Positions 17,843 through 26,402 of a stretch of 49,554 nucleotides of DNA are shown here, one piece after another. Below the pieces are notes generated by a model that did not search any database, was not told the DNA's origin, and saw only the letters and a program-made list of their open reading frames with translations. Position 1 is the first letter of the stretch. The number at the start of each line of letters is the position of its first letter. Both the position numbers and the translations under genes were made by a program. Source of the stretch: a virus (lineage: Duplodnaviria > Caudoviricetes); IMG/VR virus record IMGVR_UViG_3300035002_000027, positions 1 to 49,554 of that record; one strand, written 5' to 3'.

Positions 17843-18688
17843 ATGGCAACGATTAACCCCACCTTACCCACCCGGCCTGCGAAGGGCGATACCCTCGTGA
17901 TGGGCACGGCGACGGCCGCCGACGGCACCGTCATCAACCTCGAAGGGCGCTCGGAAACGGGCACCCTCTACGGGGGGCTGTTTAAAATCCAACTCACCGG
18001 CCCGCTGGCGGTGGGGGCCAAAATCCGGCCTTGGTTTACCTCGTCGGGCAATCAGATTTTCGGCGAAACCCACTACGCGGGCCTGCGGTTCGGGGTGACG
18101 CCGGTCGAAGGCGAAGACGAGAACACGTACTACCTGCCCGAAACCAGCGACCTCGGCCTACTGGGGGCCGTGGCGGATGCTTCGGACGGCGTGGATAGCC
18201 TCGTGCTGGACCAGTGGCAGCGGGTGCTGGTGGATACTTTTGCCACCATCAACGAGCAGGAAAGCCCGCCACCCCTGCCCGAGCCGGGTTCGGGCGACGG
18301 ATCGGGCAACGTGAGCGTAAAAACCGTGCTGGGGCTGAACACCGGCGCGGGGGAACTGGCCACGGTCAACAACTACATTCACGAGTTGGTGGCGGTGTTC
18401 CGCAACGACGGGCCGGACGTGGCCACGGGCTTCGCGGGCAAAGTCGTGCTGCCCGCCGCGATGAGTCACTTTGCGGCGGTTTCCTCAAATTACGTGGTGG
18501 TGGGGCAGGAGCTTCAGGTGTCGGCGGCGACGCTGAAGGTGGGTCAGGAAATCGTGGTGCGGGCGCGGGTGAAGGTGGTCACCAACGTGGGCGGGCACCA
18601 GATTCAGGCCCTGGTGACGGCCTACACCGGCACCGACAACACGACGACCGACAACACGAGTACCGTGAACATTGGCATTCAGGGATAA
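17843..18688 (+). CDS. Virion-associated protein with a C-terminal DUF11-like Ig domain
   Basis: RNDGPDVATG...LPAAM...DNTTTDNTSTV resembles DUF11; Pro/Gly linker (PPPLPEPGSGDGSG). Confidence 0.6.
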   Translation: MATINPTLPTRPAKGDTLVMGTATAADGTVINLEGRSETGTLYGGLFKIQLTGPLAVGAKIRPWFTSSGNQIFGETHYAGLRFGVTPVEGEDENTYYLPETSDLGLLGAVADASDGVDSLVLDQWQRVLVDTFATINEQESPPPLPEPGSGDGSGNVSVKTVLGLNTGAGELATVNNYIHELVAVFRNDGPDVATGFAGKVVLPAAMSHFAAVSSNYVVVGQELQVSAATLKVGQEIVVRARVKVVTNVGGHQIQALVTAYTGTDNTTTDNTSTVNIGIQG

Positions 18689-18693
18689 TCCTG

Positions 18694-18816
18694 TATTTTT
18701 GGGCACACCGGGCGCGGACGGCTCCCGGTGTGCTTCCCTCTCCTTCGCCGTCGAACCAAACGGGCAACCCTCCTCGCCCGACTGCCCCATCCGGGGGAAT
18801 CTTTCTTTTTTGGTTC
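18694..18816 (+). promoter_or_regulatory. Candidate promoter plus structured leader of the major tail gene
   Basis: TATTTTTG at 18694-18701; hairpin 18703-18733; stem GAACCAAA/TTTGGTTC (18753-18816) enclosing two small hairpins. Confidence 0.45.
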
Positions 18817-18839
18817 AACCTAAATTCTCTTCCAACGAG

Positions 18840-19802
18840 ATGGGAACGCTCAGTGCATTCAACCGATTGGCGACGAACGTCAATCCGTACACCGAGAAGG
18901 TGTACAACCCCTACCTGGAACCCAGCCAGATTTACGCGCTGGCGATTGCCGACAAGGGGCAACTCGCCGCCTGGGGTGGCAAGGTGGGCACGGCCCCCAA
19001 TGAACTGTTTTCGACGGCGGGGGGCATTGTGCAGGCCCTGCGGCGGCTGGAACTCCTCGGCAAGGCGACGGTTTTCCCGACGGGTACGATTTCGGGCAAA
19101 AAGGCCAAGCCGGTCGAGAACCCCAGCAGCTTCGTGCCGGGTAACCAGGACGAAGCGGACGTGGCCAGCGTGACGAACTCCTTCGAGTTCATGTACCGCG
19201 ACGCGTGGACCGAGCAGAACGTGGAGTTTCTCAACAAACTCCGCGGCAACCACACCAACAAGGACGTGTTCGTGTTCACCGAAAACGGGGTGATTCCGGT
19301 TCAGGTGGCGGGGGTGAGCTTTTTCGGAGTCGGCTCAGAAATCGAGGGCGACAAGAAAAAGGACATTACCGGCGGCTTCAGCCTGCGCTACACGGTGAAA
19401 GCCAGCATCGGCGAGCCGAAACCCTACTTCGGGGTGGACAAGGCGGCGCTGGCCGACTACGCCAAGCTGACCTTCGGGGCACCCACGGCGGGCACCAACA
19501 TCACGGCCAATGGCGTGACGTGCGAAGGCGGGGCGCTGAAGTACAACGTGACCGCTGCGCAGGGCGGAACGCTGACCTTCGCGGTGGTGGAAACGACGAC
19601 CTGCCTCGAATGGGCGATTTTCAAGTGCAACGCCGACGGGACGGTGCAGGACGTGGTGACGGCGACCGATAAGGTGGCCATCTCGCAGGCGGGCGTGGTG
19701 ACCATCACGACCCAGAGCGCGGCCAAAACCACCTTCCAGGTGGTGGCCCGCAACACCTGCGGCCACGAGGCGGTGCAGAACATCGAAATCACCTGGCTGT
19801 AA
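18840..19802 (+). CDS. Probable major tail (tube) protein with a C-terminal Ig-like domain
   Basis: About 320 aa; N-terminal tube-like beta domain and Thr/Ala/Val-rich Ig-like C-terminus (ISQAGVVTI, FQVVARNTCG). ATG 18840 preferred over 18672. Confidence 0.6.
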   Translation: MGTLSAFNRLATNVNPYTEKVYNPYLEPSQIYALAIADKGQLAAWGGKVGTAPNELFSTAGGIVQALRRLELLGKATVFPTGTISGKKAKPVENPSSFVPGNQDEADVASVTNSFEFMYRDAWTEQNVEFLNKLRGNHTNKDVFVFTENGVIPVQVAGVSFFGVGSEIEGDKKKDITGGFSLRYTVKASIGEPKPYFGVDKAALADYAKLTFGAPTAGTNITANGVTCEGGALKYNVTAAQGGTLTFAVVETTTCLEWAIFKCNADGTVQDVVTATDKVAISQAGVVTITTQSAAKTTFQVVARNTCGHEAVQNIEITWL

Positions 19803-19811
19803 CCTGAGGAT

Positions 19812-19893
19812 TCAGGATTCAGTAGTCGGGATTCAGACGGTCCGCCGCGCGGAGACGCATTTTTCATTCTGAATCCCGACTACTGAATCCTGA
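19812..19893. repeat. Perfect 26-bp inverted repeat built of heptamers, 30-nt loop
   Basis: TCAGGATTCAGTAGTCGGGATTCAGA (19812-19837) and its reverse complement (19868-19893). Confidence 0.9.
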
Positions 19894-19907
19894 CTACTGC
19901 CTTTCCC

Positions 19908-21812
19908 ATGCTCACCTTCGACCAAATCAAGCCGTACCTGGAGCCGACGCTGCGGGCCGACCTGCGCCATGAATTCTACGCCGAATCGGTGCGGATTGCC
20001 GACGAAATCGCCGAGGTGTTCGGGCGGGCTTACCCCAGCTACCTCGACAAAAACCGCCCGAAGGAAAAGGCCGAACAGAAAAAGTACCGCAAGGACGTGT
20101 ACGATAATCCGTTCATCGACATTCCCGACCGGGTGGCCAAGCGCGTCGGCAAAATCAGGCAGTCGGAAGATTTCATCATCGCCTACCCCGACCCGGTGCC
20201 GGGCGTACCCGACGATGAAACCTTGCAGGGATACTGCGAAAACCGATTTGGGCCGGGCAAGAGCGTGGAGGAGTGGCTGTTTACCACCGGCCGGAAGTGG
20301 TACCTGAAAGACCCTAACGCGGTGGTGATGGTGCTCGACAAGGGCATGGTTACCGACCCCGACCAGTACCGAAAGCCCCTGCCCTACGTGATTTCCTCCA
20401 AAAACGTGGTGCAGTTCCGGCGGGGGAGTTTTGCGGTGCTGCAAGGCAAAAACGTGGACATCGTCGACGAGCGGGGCAAAGTGCTCAAGGGCCGGGGCCG
20501 GGTAATGTACTTTTTCGACAAGGACAGCTACACGATTGCCCGGCAAACGAAGCTCACGACCCTGAGCGGCAAGGCCGAGGCGTTGTGGGCGATTCTGGGC
20601 TTTGACGAAGAGACGGGTACGCTCACGCCGCCAACGCACAACTGCGAGGGGATACCCTGTTTCAAGATTGGCGAGACGGTGAGCGACCTCACCGAAGACG
20701 CCGCCGAGGACGAGCAGCAGGTGTACAAATCGCTGCTGACGAACATGCTGCCGCACCTGCGCAAGGCTCAGCAGCGGATTTCGGACAGCGACATCGAATT
20801 CAATTTCCACGTCAACAGCCGCGAATGGCTGTACGCCTTATTCGAATGCACCAACCGCAAATGCGCGGGCGGGCACATCACCGAACGGTACCAGGCGGGG
20901 GATAAAATCTACGCAGCGGGCGACAAATGCCCCGACTGCGGGGGCAGCGGCTACCGGCCCCTGTCGAGCATGGATACGCTGATGGTGAAGCCCCAGAAGG
21001 GCAACACGGGCAAGGAAGTGACCTACCCGCCCGTGCCGCCGGGGGGCTTCATTGCGCGGAGCATCGAGCCGGTGCGGGAAATGATTCTGGCCGTGAAAGC
21101 CCACGAGGAAGCCGCCTGGGCGACCATCGACATGCAGCAGGAGATGAAAAACCCGCTGAACGTGTCAGGCAAAAAGAAGGAACTCGACATGGAGGCCAGC
21201 AACACGACCATGCGCGACGTGGCGGGGCATTTCGTGAACGGCATCGCCATGCCGGTGTTCAGCCACGTGAACCGGTGGCGGTACTTTTTGCGGTGGGGCG
21301 AAAAATGCGACGCCCAACGCCCAGTGATGACGGTGCCGGTGAACTTCAACCTGCTGGACTCGGAATACATTCAGGACAAACTGGCCATGGCGAAAGAAAA
21401 AAGCCTCTCGCCCGTGCTGGTGGGCCGCTACACGCGGGAACTGATGGAGCGGAGTTTTGGGCGGGAGAGCGTGGAATTGAAGCTGGAAAACCTGGCCCAA
21501 CTCCACGACGTGATGTACGGGCAGAGCATGCAGGAAAAGCTGCTGGCCTACGGCGGCGGGCGCGGCTCGACGATGATGGCCGTCACGCAACGCGACTACA
21601 TCATCTCGATCCGGATTTACGGCTTTCTGCTGCGCGCCATGCAGGAGGACGGCTCGTTTGCGGTGAAGCCCTACGAGGCTCAGCGGGCGGTGCTGGAGAA
21701 GTACGCCGACGAGGTGATTGAAGACAACCCCGATGCCAAACTGTACGACCCGCGCACGATGGGGACGCTCAACGCGCCGCTCGACCTCAAAAACACGAAC
21801 CAACGCCTGTAA
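19908..21812 (+). CDS. Portal protein with an inserted zinc-finger-like segment
   Basis: 634 aa, precedes minor head, scaffold and capsid genes; DPNAV, SGKKKELD motifs; CTNRKC...CPDCGGSG insertion. Confidence 0.75.
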   Translation: MLTFDQIKPYLEPTLRADLRHEFYAESVRIADEIAEVFGRAYPSYLDKNRPKEKAEQKKYRKDVYDNPFIDIPDRVAKRVGKIRQSEDFIIAYPDPVPGVPDDETLQGYCENRFGPGKSVEEWLFTTGRKWYLKDPNAVVMVLDKGMVTDPDQYRKPLPYVISSKNVVQFRRGSFAVLQGKNVDIVDERGKVLKGRGRVMYFFDKDSYTIARQTKLTTLSGKAEALWAILGFDEETGTLTPPTHNCEGIPCFKIGETVSDLTEDAAEDEQQVYKSLLTNMLPHLRKAQQRISDSDIEFNFHVNSREWLYALFECTNRKCAGGHITERYQAGDKIYAAGDKCPDCGGSGYRPLSSMDTLMVKPQKGNTGKEVTYPPVPPGGFIARSIEPVREMILAVKAHEEAAWATIDMQQEMKNPLNVSGKKKELDMEASNTTMRDVAGHFVNGIAMPVFSHVNRWRYFLRWGEKCDAQRPVMTVPVNFNLLDSEYIQDKLAMAKEKSLSPVLVGRYTRELMERSFGRESVELKLENLAQLHDVMYGQSMQEKLLAYGGGRGSTMMAVTQRDYIISIRIYGFLLRAMQEDGSFAVKPYEAQRAVLEKYADEVIEDNPDAKLYDPRTMGTLNAPLDLKNTNQRL

Positions 21813-21818
21813 CCTGCC

Positions 21819-22688
21819 GTGGACGAACTCGACGACCTGGAAACCTTCGCCACCGACCTTGACGCCCAAACGCGCAAGGTCGAAGCGGACGTGGACGCCT
21901 CGCTACCCGAGGTGGTGGCGGCGGTGATGCTGTTTCTGTCGGGGGTGCTTCAGTTCGGCGGGCCGGGAGGTGCGCTCACCCTGGCCCAACAAACGGCGAA
22001 CGCCACGGCTCTGCTGCTGTACCGGGCGCGGCTGCGGGACATCGTGCTGCAAACGGCCCTCGGGCGGGTGCTGAACAGTTGGCTTGACGGGCTGGGGGTG
22101 CTGACTGAAACCGTGGAGACCTACTACGTGCGGGTGGGGGCGGGCTATGTGGTGCCCCCGGCGACGCGGGCGCTGGTGCGCGGGAGCATCGAGGCGACGC
22201 GGGCGGCGCTTTTGGGGGCGGAACTTGACACGGCGATTGTGAACCCCATCGTGCGGGTGCTTCAGCAGCAGGCCCTGACGGGCGGAAGCCTGGGGCAGAT
22301 GACGGCGGCGCTGGAGCGGGAACTGACGGCGGCCAGTCGGCCCGTGCGGTACGTGAAGCAACTGATGAGTGACGGGGCGCACATGCTCGTGCGGCAGTAC
22401 GCGAACCGGCTCGGTGATGAAATCGGCCTCGACCATTACTACTACGCCGGAACGCTGATTGTGACCTCACGGGCGTTCTGCAAAAGCCGGGTGGGGCGGG
22501 CTTACACCAAAAAAGAGGTGGAGGCCTGGGCGGGGCTGGACTGGGAGGGGAAAATCAGTTGGACGGACAAACGGAGCATTTTCACGCTGCTGGGCGGCTA
22601 CAACTGCCGCCACCAGCTCAGGCCCATTACCAAGTCTCTTTTTTCAAAAATCAAAACCAAACCAGAAAATGGAATACGTACTCTGTGA
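21819..22688 (+). CDS. Minor head / head morphogenesis protein (MuF / SPP1 gp7-like)
   Basis: YYYAG...SRAFC and C-terminal GGYNCRHQLRP; directly after portal. Confidence 0.8.
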   Translation: MDELDDLETFATDLDAQTRKVEADVDASLPEVVAAVMLFLSGVLQFGGPGGALTLAQQTANATALLLYRARLRDIVLQTALGRVLNSWLDGLGVLTETVETYYVRVGAGYVVPPATRALVRGSIEATRAALLGAELDTAIVNPIVRVLQQQALTGGSLGQMTAALERELTAASRPVRYVKQLMSDGAHMLVRQYANRLGDEIGLDHYYYAGTLIVTSRAFCKSRVGRAYTKKEVEAWAGLDWEGKISWTDKRSIFTLLGGYNCRHQLRPITKSLFSKIKTKPENGIRTL

Positions 22689-22935
22689 GCGCCGCGACGG
22701 GTCGCGGTTCACGACGACGGCCGCATGGGCCGAGCAAAATGCAAAAACGCTGGAATTTCACGGGACGGTGGTCGTGGGACCGGCCGAGGAACCCACCGGC
22801 GACGGCACGATGACCATCGTGGCACCCCTGAACACCACGTCGCTGACGGTGGAACCGCCTGCCGACCCGGCGGTGAGCAAGGGCAAAGGCAAGGGTGAAA
22901 CCGCTGAAAAAAAGGGAGGTAGCGAAGCCGAATAA
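22669..22935 (+). CDS. Hypothetical protein (88 aa)
   Basis: Overlaps the end of the minor head gene; low-complexity charged tail. Confidence 0.55.
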   Translation: MEYVLCERRDGSRFTTTAAWAEQNAKTLEFHGTVVVGPAEEPTGDGTMTIVAPLNTTSLTVEPPADPAVSKGKGKGETAEKKGGSEAE

Positions 22936-22959
22936 TCGAATTTCCGTATCATTGTAGCG

Positions 22960-22989
22960 ATACTCGAAAATTCGGTGAAAATTTCAATT
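22960..22989. promoter_or_regulatory. Palindromic operator-like site, copy 2 (ATACTCGAAAATT-CGGTGA-AAATTTCAATT)
   Basis: Left arm is identical to the reverse complement of copy 1's right arm; ends 5 nt before ATG 22995. Confidence 0.65.
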
Positions 22990-22994
22990 TTACC

Positions 22995-23441
22995 ATGAAA
23001 ACGTACGACGAACTTTCCGACCTCGACGAGGTGGTGGTGAAGGTGGGGCCCCGGCTGGAAACCGGCCCCGGCGGCAAGCAAATCACCGTGGACCCGGCCC
23101 GCGAGCAGGTGATGACGAAGGCGGGCTACGAGGCCATCGACCGCGACGAGGAGGGCAACCCGACGCACATCCCCGTCGAGGTGATTGGCTACCCTGAGTG
23201 GACCGCAGCGGCGGCCGGTGAGGCCAGCGGAACGACGGCCCGGTCGTTCAAGACCATTCCGTTTGCAACCCGTGAGGAACTGGCCAAAGCGAAGGCCGAA
23301 GCCGCCGCCAAAGCGAAAGCCGAGGCCGAGGCGAAGGCCAAAGAGAAAGAGGCGAAGGCGAAAGAAAAAGCCGAGGCGGATGCCAAAGCGAAAGCTGAAG
23401 CCGAAGCCGCTGCCGCTGCGAACGCTCAACCGTCGCAGTAG
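22995..23441 (+). CDS. Hypothetical protein with an Ala/Lys/Glu-rich helical repeat tail
   Basis: AKAKAEAAAKAKAEAEAKAKEKEAKAKEKAEADAKAKAEAE repeat. Confidence 0.7.
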   Translation: MKTYDELSDLDEVVVKVGPRLETGPGGKQITVDPAREQVMTKAGYEAIDRDEEGNPTHIPVEVIGYPEWTAAAAGEASGTTARSFKTIPFATREELAKAKAEAAAKAKAEAEAKAKEKEAKAKEKAEADAKAKAEAEAAAAANAQPSQ

Positions 23442-23462
23442 GTACGAGATCCTTAACCCACC

Positions 23463-23502
23463 GTCAACGGTTCGGCTCCCACGGCGGGGCCGAACCGTTG
23501 AC
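23463..23502 (+). other. Strong intergenic hairpin (about 17-bp stem) before the scaffold gene
   Basis: GTCAACGGTTCGGCTCC...GGGGCCGAACCGTTGAC; no U-tract, so a processing or stability element is more likely than a terminator. Confidence 0.6.
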
Positions 23503-23546
23503 TGACATCAGGCCCGGGCGCGGGCGTCAAACGCGCCGAACCTACC

Positions 23547-24419
23547 ATGAAAGGCAAGGACTTCTTTGCGAAAATCTTAACGAAAGCCGGCGTCGATGCG
23601 ACGTCGGACAAATTCAAAGCGGCCATCGACGCGGTGGCGGACATCGAAATTGACGATGCCGACGCCGAGGCGGTGGTGGACTCGCTGCTGACCGAAGACG
23701 AGGCGGCGGCCTCGACGAACGTCAAAACCAAAGCCGAGACGAAGGCGAAGGCGGAAATCTGGGACGGGGTGGATGTGGTGCTGAAGAAATTCGTACCCAA
23801 ACTCAACGCCCAGCAAAAAGCCGAATACGACAAGCTCGGCAAGGACTCCAACCGCAAGTACCAGTACCTGCTGAAAACTTTTTCGGAAAAAGGCACGCAG
23901 GCGGGCGACGACCTGGCGGGTGACCTGGAAGAAAAGGTGCAGGCGGCGATTGACGAGCGCATTGAAAAAGGCGAACTCGTCAAGAAAGAGGAATTCGAGG
24001 CTGTGACCGGCAAAGTGACCGACGCCCAGCGCAAGGCCCGGCAGGCCGAGGCGGTGATGCTGGCCCGCAAAAAACAGAACTTCAACGAAGCCAAAGAGGG
24101 TCGCTACTTTCAGCGCGACCTCTGGGACGACGTGGAAACGCTGCTTTCGGAGGGCTTGGGCGACAAAAAGAAGGTGACGGCGACGATTGACCTGGAAACG
24201 GGGGAAATCCGCCAGAAGGACGCCACCGACCAGCGCGTGACCATCGGGGGGAAAAACGTGACCCTTGACGACGTGGTGAGCATGGTGGTGGAAAAACACT
24301 ACGCCAAAACGAGCGAGGAGACGAAAGAACCCGGACAGGCCAGCGTGAGAGGGACGCAGCCGGAGGGGTTGAGCGTGGCCAAGCAACGGATGGCGGAGCG
24401 ATTGAAGGTAACCGCGTAG
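23547..24419 (+). CDS. Capsid scaffolding protein
   Basis: Charged, helical 290-aa protein immediately upstream of the capsid gene. Confidence 0.7.
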   Translation: MKGKDFFAKILTKAGVDATSDKFKAAIDAVADIEIDDADAEAVVDSLLTEDEAAASTNVKTKAETKAKAEIWDGVDVVLKKFVPKLNAQQKAEYDKLGKDSNRKYQYLLKTFSEKGTQAGDDLAGDLEEKVQAAIDERIEKGELVKKEEFEAVTGKVTDAQRKARQAEAVMLARKKQNFNEAKEGRYFQRDLWDDVETLLSEGLGDKKKVTATIDLETGEIRQKDATDQRVTIGGKNVTLDDVVSMVVEKHYAKTSEETKEPGQASVRGTQPEGLSVAKQRMAERLKVTA

Positions 24420-24523
24420 GGCTACGGCCCTACGCTCTGGCTACTTGCGTAGCGAAACCGGCCTGAACGCCCCACTCCGGGGCAGGGCGAAGGGATGATT
24501 CTGTGAAGTTGGCAACTACGCAA
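24414..24523 (+). promoter_or_regulatory. Structured leader of the major capsid gene
   Basis: 9-bp hairpin with a C(UACG)G tetraloop at 24414-24435; stem TTGCGTAG/CTACGCAA (24445-24523) enclosing GCCCCACTCCGGGGC. Confidence 0.5.
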
Positions 24524-24528
24524 ACCAA

Positions 24529-25695
24529 GTGGCATCGAATGTCAATCTGGCCCCTGCCCGTGTGGTGCAGGCGGCACTTCTGGCGACGCCGGAAAACAAT
24601 TACCGCTACAGCGGCATCGGGGGACTTAGCGCCCTGCGCTCTCCCCAGCAAGCGGCGCTCATCGCCGAAATGAACCCCAAGAACGCGAAAAACGCCGGGC
24701 GTTTGAGCGTGATTCCGGGGACGGTTACGCCCCGCGTGACCCTGAATTACAAAGCCAAGTACGCGCCCACCTCGCGCAACTCGCGGCAGGTGACCGACGG
24801 CACGGCTCCGGCGGCAGCTTCGTCCATCAACGTGGACTACGCGCTGTTTCGGGAATACTCGCTCAAGTACGAGACGAAGGATTTGCTTCGCCTGGAAAAA
24901 GAAGCCGAGGACTACCTCAAAGCCGTACAGGCGGGGCAACTGACGGCCAATGCGGGCGATTTCCAGATGCTCAGCGACGCGGGTGACGAAATCATGCGGA
25001 CCATCGACGATGGGATGCTGAAGCCGGTGAACACCCAGTGCATTACCTCGCTGGCGGCGGCGGCGGGCGTGAACCTCTTGTACCCCCTGGCCGGTACGGC
25101 CTCGCAAACCATCGTGCTCTACGACAGCGACGGACGGCCGAAGGTGGACTTCATGAACGAGATGAACCGCGTGCGCCTGGTGCACGGCGTGGCGGGCAAA
25201 CTCATCGTGGTGTGCGGCCTGCGGGGGCTGACCTTCCTGCAACTGAAGGAAATCGCCAGCGCCTCTGACCTCGGCCTCGACTGGGAGAAGATGTACGGCA
25301 AGCTGCCCATCGAGTGGTACTACGACGAGCAGATTGATACCCTGCTCGGTGAGGGCGAAATTCTGGTCTTCGACGCGGGCGCGGCCTGCCTGGAGACCAT
25401 CCCCGAACACGCGCCCATCGACTCGGGGGGCATCATCGGCATGAACCGGGTGGCCAACACGAGCTACGGCACGGGGAGCATTCAGGTGACGCCCGCCCAA
25501 CTGCCGACCCACTCGCTGGATTTTGACCTGCGCGTGCGGGAAGACGATTCGACGGCCTATCCGACGTGGAACATCACGCCGAGCGTGCGCTACGGGATCT
25601 TCAACCGGCCTGCCGGGTACCACTCCAGCGTGGGCGCGTGGGCGAACACGACGGGCGTGTTCCGCTACAAGCTGCTCAACACGGCCGAGGCGTAA
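24529..25695 (+). CDS. Major capsid protein
   Basis: 388 aa, GTG start, after scaffold and followed by a terminator; size and position typical. Confidence 0.75.
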   Translation: MASNVNLAPARVVQAALLATPENNYRYSGIGGLSALRSPQQAALIAEMNPKNAKNAGRLSVIPGTVTPRVTLNYKAKYAPTSRNSRQVTDGTAPAAASSINVDYALFREYSLKYETKDLLRLEKEAEDYLKAVQAGQLTANAGDFQMLSDAGDEIMRTIDDGMLKPVNTQCITSLAAAAGVNLLYPLAGTASQTIVLYDSDGRPKVDFMNEMNRVRLVHGVAGKLIVVCGLRGLTFLQLKEIASASDLGLDWEKMYGKLPIEWYYDEQIDTLLGEGEILVFDAGAACLETIPEHAPIDSGGIIGMNRVANTSYGTGSIQVTPAQLPTHSLDFDLRVREDDSTAYPTWNITPSVRYGIFNRPAGYHSSVGAWANTTGVFRYKLLNTAEA

Positions 25696-25726
25696 TCACC
25701 GGGCATCCGGTACCGTCTGCTTCAGG

Positions 25727-25758
25727 GCCGGGTGAGTGTTCTGCTCACCCGGCTTTTT
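25727..25758 (+). terminator. Intrinsic terminator after the capsid gene
   Basis: GCCGGGTGAG-loop-CTCACCCGGC followed by TTTTT. Confidence 0.8.
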
Positions 25759-25792
25759 CCAACCCTTTTTCCAGAAAAAATTTTTCGAGAAA

Positions 25793-26362
25793 ATGAAAAA
25801 GCTCTTTTCCATCGCCCTCGGCATGGCCATGCTGGTGGCGACCGTGACAGCCCAAGCCCAGACCTCCCGGCGGGTGTACATCCAGAACGACCGCGTGCGC
25901 ATCGACGCCCAGGACGGGACGTTCATTTCGGACGCGCCGGTTTCGTCGCTCGTTTTCGCCAAGCTGTCGAACGACAACATCCGCATCACGACCGCGCGCG
26001 GGTCGCTCGATTTGAAAGCCAACCGGGTACTAAACTCGGCGGGTACCGCCTACGCGGGCGGACAGACCTCGGTGACGGTGGACTCGGTGGCGGCGGCGCT
26101 GAGCCTCCAGCTACCCGGCGGGCCGCGTACGCATACGACCGTGACGCAATCGACGACAACGCCCGTGGTGTACGCCGCGGGCACGTTCCGGGAAATTACG
26201 GTGGAGGTGACCTCGGGCACGGTGAACATCCAGACCGGCAACGACACGGCCGTGACCAGGGCCAACGGAACCACGTACCGAATTACGGGCGGGCCGATTG
26301 GGCGAAGTTTAACCGTGACACCGGCTTCCTCATCGTCCTGCATCGTGACGACCGTTCGCTAA
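25793..26362 (+). CDS. Secreted Thr/Ser-rich beta protein (Sec/SPI signal peptide)
   Basis: MKKLFSIALGMAMLVATVTAQA|Q: basic N-region, hydrophobic core, AxA site, Gln at +1. ATG 25793. Confidence 0.75.
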   Translation: MKKLFSIALGMAMLVATVTAQAQTSRRVYIQNDRVRIDAQDGTFISDAPVSSLVFAKLSNDNIRITTARGSLDLKANRVLNSAGTAYAGGQTSVTVDSVAAALSLQLPGGPRTHTTVTQSTTTPVVYAAGTFREITVEVTSGTVNIQTGNDTAVTRANGTTYRITGGPIGRSLTVTPASSSSCIVTTVR

Positions 26363-26366
26363 CCCA

Positions 26367-26399
26367 GCCCCCGCCGCCACGGGGGCGCTTTTCTTTTTC
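26367..26399 (+). terminator. Possible weak intrinsic terminator
   Basis: GCCCCCG/CGGGGGC stem followed by GCTTTTCTTTTT. Confidence 0.45.
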
Positions 26400-26402
26400 A
26401 CG

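Noticed and set aside
12218-18688. Diversity-generating retroelement or invertible tail-fibre cassette
   Set aside because: No reverse transcriptase, no template/variable repeat pair, and no invertase or inverted fibre fragments were seen.
18672-18839. N-terminal extension of the major tail protein given in the ORF track
   Set aside because: Overlaps the previous gene and crosses a structured, promoter-containing intergenic region; ATG 18840 is more plausible.
24445-24523. Hammerhead ribozyme (GAAAC and CTGA present)
   Set aside because: No CUGANGA core in the required position and the stems do not fit any hammerhead topology.
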